Part shown: positions 37,681-50,210 of the stretch, one piece after another
Layout of the letters: every line of letters starts with the position of its first letter
How positions within the stretch are numbered: position 1 is the first letter of the stretch
From: Sphaerodactylus townsendi
Lineage: Eukaryota
DNA: 64,000 nt
Assembly: GCF_021028975.2 (NCBI RefSeq)
Contig: NC_059426.1
Coordinates: forward strand, 144,646,001-144,710,000
Direction of reading: 5' to 3'
Notes under the pieces: generated by a model
What the model saw: only the letters and a program-made list of their open reading frames with translations
Databases searched by the model: none
What the model was told of the DNA's origin: nothing
Program-made: the position numbers and the translations under genes

Positions 37681-40600
37681 GTCTAGCACATTGCACACAA
37701 ACACTGCATTTGCCTTGTGGGTGACCTGTCCCTAGAATAATGTGTGTGTTGGGTGGAGAGACAATTACAGGAGAGTGGGATGATGCAGTGTGACCTGATC
37801 ATAGGCAGATCCTAAACATATTCCATCTCTTAGTGACTTTATAAATTGAGCCTTTTTACTTCCTTCCTTACAATTTATCCAAGGATATAGGGAACATCTC
37901 AGGAAGACCACTTCTGTGTTGCTCCATAGTACTTGGTCAAATGTCTCAATTTTCTCCTCTCATTAAAAGAGGAGGAGGTAGACTTGCTGCTTCTTATCCC
38001 TTCCTAATCACTGTGTCTACTTGGGGGTAGTATGGTTCAGATCCTGTCCTTTACTGGATTCCTTTTCAGTGTCCTTGGTGAGGAGAAAAGACTCATTCTG
38101 GAATGCAATCTGCCGGTGTCATTCCTGGCTTTCCTGCTGTCATCCATCATATCAAAGTAGCTAATTAACATCAGGAGCCTCTATCATTGCAACAAAGTGG
38201 TGTGGTATCCAAAGATGCTAATTTCTCTTTTGGTAACTAGCACAGTCTAACTTGTGTTGCAATGGAAGAAAGATCTTCCATTTTGTCTGCTCCATTGGGA
38301 CTGGAATGTGTTATTTGTTTTGTAAGGAAGGGCATCCTCTTCCCAAATCATTCCTTGCAATACCCTTGGTGCTGCCACAGCATCTCTTACATCCAAACAG
38401 ATTTGCAGCCGTAGGATGCAAATGGGAAAGTGGGCTAGAATAACAATTGGAGAATGGAGGTGGAGAGTGTAATTTTGGAACTTGCCATAAGCTGGGCCTA
38501 CACAATCTGTGACCCACCAAGGCTAAACACAGCCCACTAACCATGAATGACAACCTGTCCACCAGCGGCTTGATAAATTTCATGCATTTTTCATCTACCA
38601 GCAACAGCAAAAACTGGGATGTTGTCAAGCTTCTTGTGGGCTGGTGAGTAGCTAGTGAGTTGTGCTCAGTTTGGTGAGTCACACTTAATGTAGTGAACCC
38701 ATTAAGAGTTAGCTTGCCCTGTTACGGTAGAATCTGTAGCAAAATACTTCCACCTATGCCTGCCAAGTAGGATAGAAAATACTTTTGAAAATGTTTGTAG
38801 TGCTTTTTTCACAGTAGAAGAGCATTCACAGCAAGTTTGTGTCGTGAATTAATAGGCATGGTTCTAAAAACTCCTCTATACTTTCTTCTGAAGTTCTCTG
38901 AACAGCATTTGTCACTTTGCTGAAACTATTATTTCTGCTTCACTCTTGATTAATCTTGAGTTTCATCATTGGCTTAAATTCTTTTGTCAACATCTTAGCA
39001 AGAGCATCCCCCCAAATAGTCCAGTATGAACGTGATGGTCCTACAGACATGTGTTGGCTATGTTTCATTAGGTTTTGTCCTATTTTTTTTATTTGAGTAT
39101 AAATTAAACAATTATTTAAGGTAGGGAATGCCACATATTTGGCAGTGAATGTGTTCAGTCATTGAATTTACCAGTTTAGTCCTTGTTGATCAGAAATGAG
39201 CCAATTAGATCAAATGTTTGTAAAACTGTGCATGCGCGAAAACATTGATAATCCAAACAGATGGCGGCCATTAACATCAATAAGGATGAATTTTTAATAC
39301 AACTTTGGTTTATGACTTAAATGATCTGTGATTTAACTTCTGTTTAAGCAGTTGGCTACCAAATGAAGCAAAAGTGCAGCAAGGACGGTGACACCAGACT
39401 GTGAAAATGCACATGTGCAAAAAGCTCATTGTGCTGTACTTGTATTGCTAGGAAGTAATAATTGAGGCAACCTGCCAAACAACCATGAGTTTTAGCCAAA
39501 CCATCAGGTGTTTGAGTATCCCTAATTACAATGGGAAATTTGCATGCCCTGCAAAAACAAAACGAATAGAAGGGAAAAAGTGAACTGATCACATGGATGT
39601 GGACTGATCAGCGATTTCCTTTCTAGAGTAGAGTTCTTATATAATCTCCAGTGGTCCAGGCTGGAATGGTCTTCATTGATGCGTTGCTGGTATTTTTGCT
39701 CTGAAGGGGAGGGACTTCCCCCCAGTCTTTGACTTTTGGCCGTGTATACAGTTTATATGTATGGTTACTGGCATTGCTTGCCAAAGAGCACTGCAACTCT
39801 TTTTTTCTCTTCAACTCCCCTTATTACCTTAGCAAGAGGAACCAGTGAAACTGGCCAGCAGACTGAACCAGGGGTGAGTTCACTTGTAACACAGTTGACA
39901 CTCTCTCACAAGCTTCAAGAATGGCTGTGGAGAGTCCAGCCTTGGCTAGAAGCATCCCTATTTTCTCCAGTATTATGCAAGGGACTAGAGTGTCAACAAC
40001 TACTGTGGTTACCTTTGCCTTCCTTCGCTGCAGCCCAAAAGCCTGCAAATGCAGTAGACGTGGCCAGAACCAAGAAATCAATGGGGCCATCTTCAAATGT
40101 GGAACTTCTTCCAGAGTCCTGGTAAGTTAGGCCTTCCAAGCCTCCAGTTGGGGTTGGAGATCCCCTATCTTCGGGTCCAGTTACCTAGTGGGAGATTTTT
40201 TTAAAAAAAATTTGACCTCAGGTACTTAATGGAAGTTTTTGGAAGTGACAAATCTATGGTTTTACCATAGAATTGCCAGCAATTCCTATAGTTGCTCATT
40301 AGTACTCATAGTAAGAACTTCTATTAAATACATAAGACCACATTTTAAAAAAATCTTTTCTGGGTTATCTCTAGGAATTTCTAGGAACTTTATAGTTTTC
40401 CTATGTGGCATTTCCAAATGGAAGAACTCCCTTACAAGGGATTTCTTTCCCATCTGGTTTTACCATAGAGTTTACTGTCATTCCAAAACAACTTTTGTCA
40501 CTGCCAATAAAAACTTCCAATAAATACACAGGCTGTATTTTAAAACATTTTTCCAGCAACACTGCTTCCTCCAGCACTCATGCAAGTGGTCAGGCACTTC

Positions 40601-42429
40601 CTCGCAAACCCATGGTAAGGTTAGAGGTGGTGGTGGGGAAACAATCTTTATTTAAAAAGTCAGGAAATACAAAATAGTGGCATGGGTAGGTCTTTGAAAC
40701 CACAAGCCCCTGGAGTAGGCTTACTAGACCTCCAGTTGTGGTGAGAGACCTCGTCTGGCAGGAGCCCCGTTGGCTGCTATAACTCTGACCAACAGTGGAA
40801 AAAATAAAACAAAAGTTTAATGTATTACATTACTATGCTGTTTTGGACAAAACCTGTAAATGATGTAGGATAGCTCTAGGATTTGTCACTTCTGGGTATT
40901 ATAACATTGCTGATGTCATTCATGGCCCCTTTTCTCAGTCCTCTCACTGGCTTGGCATGGCAGCCCTACTACAGTTGATAGGCCTAGGCTTTCTCTCACT
41001 AGCCTTTGTTCATTGCCTTTGCCTCAGCCAGGAGCTAGTGCTTGACCTTCCTGAGGAGAATGCCCATTCTAACCTCTTGGTTTGGATCAAAGGTAAGATG
41101 CAGAAAAAGCTCCCAGTTTCTATGTTGACAGCCTTAGTAGGTTTCTAGAGACAATTCTTGGGCATTCAAGTAGAGGAATACATTCTTACAGCAGAATCTA
41201 TTCCCCATGCATATCTGGGAGGAAGCAAGTGACCCTTCTTTGTCATGTCTCAAGAAAGTCAAAGAGCCACTGACTCATAAGGTATTTTCCAGAGGTTGTA
41301 ATTCCTTAATGGATCAAGTCTCAGAGATTTCAGATCTTTCTGACTTATTTCCATTAAGGAGGCAGGTGAGCTCTCAGAGGAAGAAGAGCCCCTGGTCACC
41401 CTGATGCAAACATGCCTTTTTCTCCAGAAGTTGTTCCAAAATTCCTCCCAAGGTACTTCAGATTTTTCGGATTCCAGGTAGCAAGAGAGAGTCAAAGGAG
41501 CCTGCCCAAGTTGGCCAGGCAACTATCTTGTCTAAACTTTTACCAAATGGAGGTACCCCTAGAAAAGGATTTCGTCTCCTTTTGTTTTTGATAAAGTAAT
41601 TGAATGAATGGGAGGCACTATTCTGTCTCAAAGCAACCATCCAATTATTTTGCTCTTCTGCTCTGTAGTTTCAGAAGCAGCAGAGCACTTCAAGCTTCCA
41701 GTAGTGGATACACTAGTGGTAAACCTGAGTTCCAATCTCTGATGGGCTGCCCAAAGATTCCTTTGACAAGATTAGATCAGAACTTAAGTAAAAATTTTGA
41801 GGCCTCCTTAGTAGCTCTGTAGGCTTCCTTGTCTGGTTTTTTCTTCTGTAGGGCTGTTCATCTCTTGGATATCTCTAAACAGCTGAAAGATGAACAGAAG
41901 ACAATTTATTTAGCTGCAGTCCTCTTGGCTGATGCTTCCATTGACACCATTCAGCTGTCTGCTAGGGCCATGACATCAAAAATCACTGCCAGGCATAACA
42001 CTTGTACGCAGCTGGAAAGTAGATCCAGCCTCACAAACTTTGGTAGCCAGTGCTTTGTTTAAGGGAATTAGTCTCTTCAGAACCAGCATTGACAAATACC
42101 TTGTTCAGGACAAAGAAGAAGGTGCTCCTGGTGTGGGAGAAGGAAGGTAAGCTAAGTAAAAGATTTCTGTTCCTTTCATGACTTTTGACAGAATTCCAGT
42201 TGATGACTTCAATAGGAAAATGGCAAGTAAAAGTGATAGGTAACTACACATCCTCCTGTAGCAACTCCTCTGGTCAACTCAATCCAGGAGGTAAGAAAGG
42301 TGCTTCAGCATGATTCCAAAAGTCCTGAGTTTTGCCTTGGCATAGGTAGATAATTTCTACTCCTTGTAGGCACCTGAAGACAATCCATCAACAATCAGTG
42401 GTTACTAGACAAATGGCTATGTCCTAAAC

Positions 42430-42574
42430 CCGTGGTGGCGAACCTTTGGCACTCCAGATGTTATGGACTACAATTCCCATCATCCCCTTCCAGCATGGCC
42501 AATTGGCCATGCTGGAAGGAACATGATGAATTGTGATCCATAACATCTGAAGATAAGAGTTACGCTCCTCACTG
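42430..42574. mobile_element. hAT MITE with 8-bp TSD TCCTAAAC, nested in the DIRS element
   Basis: CCGTGGTGGCGAACCTTTGG...GGCCAATTGGCC...CACTG. TSD at 42422-42429 and 42575-42582. Confidence 0.85.
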
Positions 42575-44951
42575 TCCTAAACCTTCAGTTCATTTCCCCC
42601 CAGCAGGTTCATCTAAGTCCAGAAGCATTGTTGCCCAGACAGGCATTGTTTCTTCCTCCAAGCAATCCCTCTTGGAAACAGGGGTAATAGAGCTGGTCCC
42701 ATAAGACATCAGGGATCTACTATAACTTCTTTGATTTTTGGAAAAAGAATGAAGATGGCTGCCTGATTCTGTACCTAGAATGGCTGAACCATAGAGTGAA
42801 GGGAAGGGAATTCAAGATTGAGACATTCAGATCCATAGTTCTGAAATCCAGAAAGGAGTTTCCTAGCCTCCATAGACCTGGAATAGACTTACCTTCACAT
42901 TTCAATCCTCAAATCATACCAGAGATTTCTCTGGTTAGCCTGTGATAGGGATCATTTGCAGTACTGAGCTCTGCCCTTTGGTCTGAAAATGTACCAGATG
43001 TCTTCACCAGTGCTAGCCTTGCTTGTAGGTGTCCTAAGGATGCAAGGATGTCATCTATGTTGATATTTCCGTACATAGATGACATCCTCATCAGGATCTT
43101 TTCTCTTCAGCAGGACCTGAGGGATGTGGAGCAAATAATCTTGCACATGATGACCCATGGAGTTCTGTTCAACAGGGGAGAGAACTGCCTGGTACCTGCC
43201 TCACAGGTTATTCACATGGGATTCACCATAGACATTACACAGGATAGTCTTTCTATCACATGAGTAGCAGGGCATGATTTTATCTCTATTGCAAGCAGTC
43301 AGAAATCTCAGGTGGACATCATGACATTAGCGCCTTGGTATTCTTGTTCCCTGCTAGGATTTGGTCCTCTGGGTGAGATTTTACTCTTCTTCCAGCATGA
43401 GAAAGCTCTCTAGCAGCACTGGCTCATTTCAGTCTCAAGCTAGTTGCTTCAGGACCTCTAGTGGTGGCAGTCTCCAGACAAGCTGCAGATGGACTCTCCT
43501 CTCAGGGGACCAGTGAGAGTACTTGTCATGACAGGGATCACCCTTCAGAGATGGGGAGCATACTTACAGGGGGAGGATGCTCAGGAAACTTCACTGTTCA
43601 TTCAAGCTAGAGGGAGCATCAGTCCTCTGGAGCTCAGAGTGATCAGATGGGGTCTTGTAGCCTTTCAAGCCTTCCTGGCAGGGAAGGAAGTGCTTATCTT
43701 CAGGGATAACACAATATAAAAATCCTACCTGCCAAGGTGATGCACAAAATCAAATTCTCTGTAGAAGCAGCTCAGATTCTCCTGTGGGCAGCAATGTACC
43801 TCAAGCCCTTCAAGTCGTTTCATGTGACCAACAGGTTCCCAATCTCCATGGAAGACCTGAGGGATCTTCTGTAATTACAATTGATCTTCAGATTACAGAG
43901 AAAGAAAAAGAATGGCTGCTCTGGATGGTGGTCTCCATGGCATCATACCTTGCTGAAGTCCTACCCGCAAATCTCCAGGAACTTCTTAGCCTGGAACTGG
44001 CAACTCTACTTGCCAGGATATCCAGTGTTATAGCAAACTTGCTCAGCTGGTTCCACCTGAAACACTTGGAATTAATGTTGAACCTGGAGATCTTTTGAGC
44101 TGCTTGCCGTAGTTTTTGAATTAATATCATCCTGATAGTTCTATGTTGACCCTACAGGGCATGGTTTCAAGACCTGGGATGGATGTAATGCAGGGACCCA
44201 TGGTGTCTTCCAATTGGGAAGGAAATGTTCTCTCAGTGCCCCTTCTACATTCCCAATAAGAATTACTAAATCTCACATCCTGGAGGCTGAACAGCAGAAA
44301 TTGAAGGAGATAGTCTACTCAGACCATGTTATCACAACTCTTGTGGCCTATAGGGAAGGTTCAACTAATAGGGTGTATAACAGCACATGGCATGTTTTTG
44401 TATCTTGGTGTGCAGGGAGGTATCTGGGCTCCTTTGAAGTTTAAGTTTCTGACCACCTCTTTTTCTCCTATCAGAATTGGACAAGGGTCTGAGTACAAGC
44501 AGCATGAACTGCCAAGTATCAGTCCTCACAGAAATAATGGGAGCCAAGAAGAGGTGAGGGGTTTCCCACCATCCTCAAGAGATTTCTTAGATGAGCCACC
44601 ATGCTGAACCCCCTGGTGGCAAACAGGTTCCCCACTCAGCACCTAAATACAGTTCTTTCTGGGGCATCATTCAAACACATGGCAACATGTCCCTCATGGG
44701 ACTCACTTTTGAAACCCTCCTTTTGGTGCACATCAGCTCAGCCCAGATGGTTTCAGAGATTCACACCTTTTCTGTGGATAAAGACCTCTGTATTTCCCTA
44801 ATCGCAGGTTAATGCTCTGCATTCATCCATATAGTAAACTCAGCCTTCACAGATCTGAGGAAATGATACTTCTTGCCTTTGTCCTAACCTTAAACATCTA
44901 CAAAGGAAGGGATCATCTGTAAGTCAGATACCATCATTGTTTCCTTGAAAC

Positions 44952-45352
44952 CAGTGTTCCCCAACTTAGTACCTACCCAGCGTTTTCAGAAAATGGATGA
45001 GGCTAGTGTGGTTTTTGCCCAGCAGGGCTTCTGATAAGCCACTGGAGATCTAGCTGGCTGTGCAGATTTTTTAAAAGTTGCTTTGGCAGCAGCTGTCACC
45101 ACTGTGTGACTGAAACTAAGCTATGTGTATGCAAGAAAATATTTTTAAAGTATCTGTTCATTTTAAAAGGCATTCTTTTAAACAGAGCTTCTGTCTGATA
45201 TGTTGAAGTGACTATCAGAGTTATGCGTGATCATACTCCTTGAGGTTTTCTGGTTGGCTCCACCTCTTGTGGCACCCATTTTGTGGATGTGCCAACCATC
45301 CAATATCTGAATCCGAAATGTACCCATATGGTCAAAACAGTTGAGACTCCTG
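44952..45352. mobile_element. Older hAT-like non-autonomous element interrupting the DIRS recombinase
   Basis: CAGTGTTCCCCAAC ... GTTGAGACTCCTG termini. YR-like coding resumes after it. The TSD is degenerate. Confidence 0.55.
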
Positions 45353-46615
45353 CTTTGGATAACTTTTCTTAAGAAACAGATCTGGTGGGCTGGTGAATCA
45401 GGGGATGTATTCCACAGGTGTATAAAGTTTGGGGCTGGAACTCCCATCTGAGGTTATCACTCACATATTGAGTGGGCAACTATCTGGGCAGCCTTCACTG
45501 TTTTCTCCTCTCTTGCAATAGTGTTTAGAACAACTACATGTTGGTACAGTGTGAGACGTTACATATTGATAAAGAGGCTTCTACTGATGATGCTTTTGGT
45601 AGGTGGATTCGACAGACTACTCTACCTAGTTGAAAGGTGTAGTTTCCCACTCTGAGATACCTTGCTTTTCTATATCCTGTTAGTTGAGACTGCCCCATTG
45701 GAGAATGGAAAGTTTGTTTGTTTATAGTGAATGTCCCTTCTTGGTGATTCTAGGGTGGGTCAGTTGAAGGTTTGCTTCTGGAAGAGAGTCTGAACACTTG
45801 GTAGCAGACTTAGTTCTGTTCTAGTTTTTCTTTGTTCTTGGCATCTTATAGGTGGTTAGGGTTTTTCATGTTTCTTATATTTCAGAAGAGCATCGCTATG
45901 GAACTGGTCTGGGAGATGGGAAGAGCCTTTAAAAAGACAAGTGACCCTGCTTGCCTCCAGGAGCTTTTCCTCCACCATAGGGTCACTAAAAAGGGAAATT
46001 TGTTGTAAGTGAGCAAACTCCACATTTTCAACAGTAACTGACCTTTGATCTTATGTATGCTAAAGGACAATTCTGTTAAAACACAAAATAAAAATATTGC
46101 CTAGCTGAATGAGTAGAACTGTACTTTCTTCCACCCATTTTATTTTTGCAGTTGAAGGGAATTCACAGACATTTTTGCAAGAGAAAGGAGGAGGTATGGG
46201 ACAATGGCCATGGAGATACAATTTGATTTTCTGCTCCTTGTCTGTCACACGTAAACTTCGAGCAATTGGTTGTATTGTGCTCCAGCACTTGCAAACCCTT
46301 GAAAAACCAGGATTCTAACGTGTGGTTTGCAGTTCAGAAACAAGCTTTGATTTGTTAAAGTGATCAACTTCCTAAACTAAAAACTCTCCAGTTTGGCTAT
46401 GTGCACATTGTAAGAAGAAAGAGAATGTATATCCTAGCGAACTTCAATTCATTTGTATTACAAAAGATGGTTGTTCATGGTTTTTGAATGCACCTGGTAT
46501 AATGAGTGGTGTGGTATGACAGGATGTAATCATTTTAGATAGTGACAGAATGTGGTAAGATGTGTCTTGTGCTGTGTGCATGGCTAGTAGAAGACTGCTT
46601 CAAACAAACTGTAGA

Positions 46616-46835
46616 TAGCATTGCCAGCCTCTAGATGGGGTTTGAAGATTTTTCAGAATTACAGCTGATCTCCAGACAGCAGAGGTCAATACACTGCAGA
46701 AAACCACTTCTTTGGAAAGTGGATTGTACGGCACTGAACCCTACACGAAATCCCTCGTAACAAACCCCACCTTCCCCAGGCTTTAACCTCAAATCTTCCA
46801 AGAATTTTCCAGAACTATCAACCCAAGCTGTGGAC
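46616..46835. mobile_element. Old non-autonomous DNA-transposon-like repeat (TAGGGTTGCCAG-type end)
   Basis: TAGCATTGCCAGCCTCTAG...GAATTACAGCTGATCTCCAGAC...; related starts occur at ~40127 and ~40715. Confidence 0.45.
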
Positions 46836-48027
46836 ACAACTCAATAGCATAATTCTGTGTATTCCAAACATAGGCCTTTCCTGTACTTCGCTTACCCCAG
46901 ATTCAAGCTGATTTTGATGCCATTAATTTTCCTGAAATATGTGTGCAGTGCCCTCCTCTGAACTTTTATTTCCTGACTGGCATTATTTTTTGTTTGCAAT
47001 TTCCACACATGTGTCTAGTGATGCTGTGTAGCATTGCTGATTCAATAATCTGCAAAATGCCCTCCCACCTGAAAACATGACACTACAACAATTTAAAGGA
47101 AAGAGAAGGAAAGGAGTGAGGTGAGGGATGTGAAAAATGGCAGACCAAGCATGGAAGGGGAGGTTGGATGATCTCACAGGGGAGTAGATTATAGGTTTTT
47201 TGGTGGAATGTATGATTGAATGAAAAACATTGTGGTAAATGTGTTTCTTAAAATTATGAAGTAACAGATAGTTGGAAACATTTCTGGCCATAAGTGGGGG
47301 TCAGGAAAGTGTGGAACTACACAGAAAAAAAGTTCTGTTAGTGGGCTGGATATGAGCTAAAATAATGTATGTGGAAAAGTTCATAGAGAAGTTTTGGAAC
47401 TTCCTGATAACAAAGTCCTCTTCCTTTATGCCAAACCAAAACCATACTGCCAGTCATGCAACATCATGGCCAGATCTAAGGCAGGATGTTTTTGAACTTG
47501 CTTTGAATTAGCAGTCACAATCTTGTTTGTACCTGGTCATCTACATACAGTTCTACTCCTAGTTTTCCTGCCAGTAACCTATGTGTTATGTGGGATTTTT
47601 CTGTTATATTTCTACATCATTTTCCTGGACTTTCTTCCTAAATATGATGACAGGGTTTGAGGTTTTTTTTGTGAGCAAAGAATGAGGTTTGGAGTCTGAT
47701 TCCATGTTCTTTCCTGGAGATTGCTTAATGGGCAACCAGTCACTTTCCCCTTTCCATGGGCCCACTGGTATATGGGTGAAGTAACCATTATTGTAATGTG
47801 GAGCAAGATGAGCTCCTTTGATAGATGGCCCTATGTATGGAATAGGCCTGAGGCTGATTGGATTTCTTCACCCCTCAAATGTTATGTTTCTATGACCTCA
47901 AGAGATGGACCCACTCAAGTAAAAGCATTGTAGTTGTTTATGCCAACTGAATGTTAATTTCTGTTGGGCAGTAGAAAAGCAAGAAAACATTGATAGGGCT
48001 ATGTACATTTGTTGAATATGGCTAGAA

Positions 48028-48175
48028 CAGGGGTCTGCAACCTGTGGCTCTCCAGATATTCATGGACTACAAATCGCATCAGCCCATGCCAGCATGGCCA
48101 ATTGGCCATTCTGGCAAGGGCTGATGGGAATTTTAGTCCATGAACATCTGGAGAGCCGCAGGTTGCAGACCCGTG
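48028..48175. mobile_element. Palindromic hAT MITE, TSD GGCTAGA(A/T)
   Basis: CAGGGGTCTGCAACCTG...GGCCAATTGGCC...CAGGTTGCAGACCCGTG with a 7/8-matching TSD. Confidence 0.9.
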
Positions 48176-48751
48176 GGCTAGATGACAGTTTCAACATAGA
48201 TCTGTTTCTGATGTTCCATGCCTTGACTCATCTTTTTAAAATACATGTAGGCAAATAGACACAATATCCAAAGAAACACACTTTTATAATTTGACAAGGT
48301 TGGATGCAGGTATAGTACTGCTGATAGCTGCTTATGAATTGTAAGTATTCCACCCAAACTATGTATCTTGATTGCACATAACAACATTGGTTGTTAAATT
48401 TTTAAAAATTAATTTTCAAAATATTTAACCAATGATACAAACCATACAATCAAAAACATTTTTAACATGAAACTTACATTATTAAAGTTTTGATATGTTC
48501 ACAAGTTTAGGAAACATTTCTTTTACGCTTCATTGGTGTGTGAAGAGGATCGCATAAGATTGGCAGGTTTCCTTTAGTATGATGTGAAAGCAGTGTCCTT
48601 CCCATCATAATTATTCTTCCTTTCTGGAGTCTGATTTCAGAGAAATGTGTAAAAAACTCAGCTGCTAGAATGATTATTCTCAATCTGTTTACACCACAAG
48701 CTTCCCAGAATAATCCGTGGAAACTTGTATCTAATGGTGGGATAAGGCATT

Positions 48752-49369
48752 ATATTGTCAAAGGCTTTCACGGCCGGAATCACTGGGGTGCTGTGTGGTT
48801 TCCAGGCTGTATGGCCGTGTTCTAGCAGCATTTTCTCCTGACGTTTCGCCTGCATCTGTGGCTGGCATCTTCAGAGGATCTGATAGTTGGAAAGGAAAGC
48901 AAGTGGAGTATATATACCTGTGTATGAAGGTCAATAGGTGAGGGCATCTGAATAGGAGTGGCCTGCAACTGAGTAACAATGAAGTGTAGCATGTGAGTAA
49001 CAATGGAGATAGCAAGGTCAATAGGTGAGGCATCTGAATAGAAGTAGTCTGGCCTTTGTTCACTTTCATTGTCTATAGTCATCCTGTGTCTGTGTGGAGC
49101 TGATTAGTCACTGTCTTGACTCTAGTGTTTTTCAAAACTGGCAGCCAAATTCTGTTCATTTTCATAGTTTCTTCCTTTCTGTTGAAATTGTCCATGTGCT
49201 TGTGGATTTCAATGGCTTCTCTGTATTGTCTGACGTAGTGGTTGTCAGAGTGGTCCAGAATTTCTGTGGTCCAGAGTGGAAGAAACTATGAAAATGAACA
49301 GAATTTGGCTTTCCTTTCCAACTATCAGATCCTCTGAAGATGCCAGCCACAGATGCAGGTGAAACGCTA
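48752..49369 (-). mobile_element. Penelope-like (Poseidon-type) element: GIY-YIG ORF end, pseudo-LTR and inverted partial copy, with 12-bp TSD
   Basis: The minus strand encodes REAIEIHKHMDNFNRKEETMKMNRIWLPVLKN. An inverted copy lies at ~49280-49369. GGATAAGGCATT occurs at 48740-48751 and 49370-49381. Confidence 0.9.
48836..48878 (-). ncRNA. Minimal type I hammerhead ribozyme in the Penelope pseudo-LTR
   Basis: The minus strand reads UCCU-CUGAAGA-U-GCC(AGCCACAGAUGCA)GGC-GAAAC-GUC-AGGA: stem I UCCU/AGGA, intact core, stem II, palindromic ACGU mini stem III, GUC cleavage triplet. Confidence 0.8.
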
Positions 49370-49506
49370 GGATAAGGCATTGCTCAACGCAGTAATTTTT
49401 TTCTGAAGTCAATATTTAGAAGCCCAAGCTGGTAGAAGTTTCTGACTTGGGGAAAGAAATTTGACATAAGTCAATGTATGTTCTAACCTGCACTGTGCCC
49501 CTTTTT

Positions 49507-50210
49507 AGAACATAAGAACATAAGAACAAGCCAGCTGGATCAGACCAGAGTCCATCTAGTCCAGCTCTCTGCTACTTGCAGTGGCCCACCAGGTGCCTTT
49601 GGGAGCTCACCTGCAGGATGTGAAAGCAATGGCCTTCTGTGGCTGTTGCTCCCGAGCACCTGGACTGTTAAGGCATTTGCAATCTCAGATCAAAGAGGAT
49701 CAAGATTGGTAGCCATAAATGAATCGACTTCTCCTCCATAAATCTGTCCAAGCCCTTTTAAAGGTTATCCAGGTTAGTGGCCATCACCACCTCCTGTGGC
49801 AGCATATTCCAAACACCAATCACACGTTGCGTGAAGAAGTGTTTCCTTTTATTAGTCCTAATTCTTCCCCCCAGCATTTTCAATGTATGCCCTCTGGTTC
49901 TAGTATTGTGAGAAAGAGAGAAAAATTTCTCTCTGTCAACATTTTCTACCCCATGCATAATTTTATAGACTTCAATCATATCCCCCCTCAGCTGCCTCCT
50001 CTCCAAACTAAAGAGTCCCAAACGCTGCAGCCTCTCCTCCTAAGGAAGACGCTCTAGTCCCTCAATCATCCTCGTTGCCCTTCTCTGCACTTTTTAAATC
50101 TCTTCGATATCCTTTTTGAGATGTGGTGACCAGAACTGGACACAGTACTCCAAGTGCGGTTTCACCACGGCTTTATATAAGGGCATGACAATCTTTGCAG
50201 TTTTATTCTC
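49507..50210 (-). mobile_element. Young 5'-truncated CR1 LINE, same subfamily as 23291-24343
   Basis: ORF 49758..50021 reads RGDMIEVYKIMHGVENVDREKFFSLSHNTRTRGH. The 3' UTR and tail are near-identical to the + copy. Confidence 0.95.

Larger units (their letters stand above)
40950..46029 (+). mobile_element. Fossil DIRS-like tyrosine-recombinase retrotransposon (gag-like, RT, RNase H, YR, ICR and right terminal repeat); 5' boundary approximate
   Basis: RT: ALPFGL..PDVFT and IFPYIDDILI (~42970-43100). RNase H: VMTGITLQRWGA, ISPLELRVI and VLIFRDN (43489..43719). YR: STNRVYNSTWHVFVSWC and LTFETLLLVHISSAQMVSEI (44300-44800). Segments 45701-45748 and 45983-46029 are inverted complements. Confidence 0.85.
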
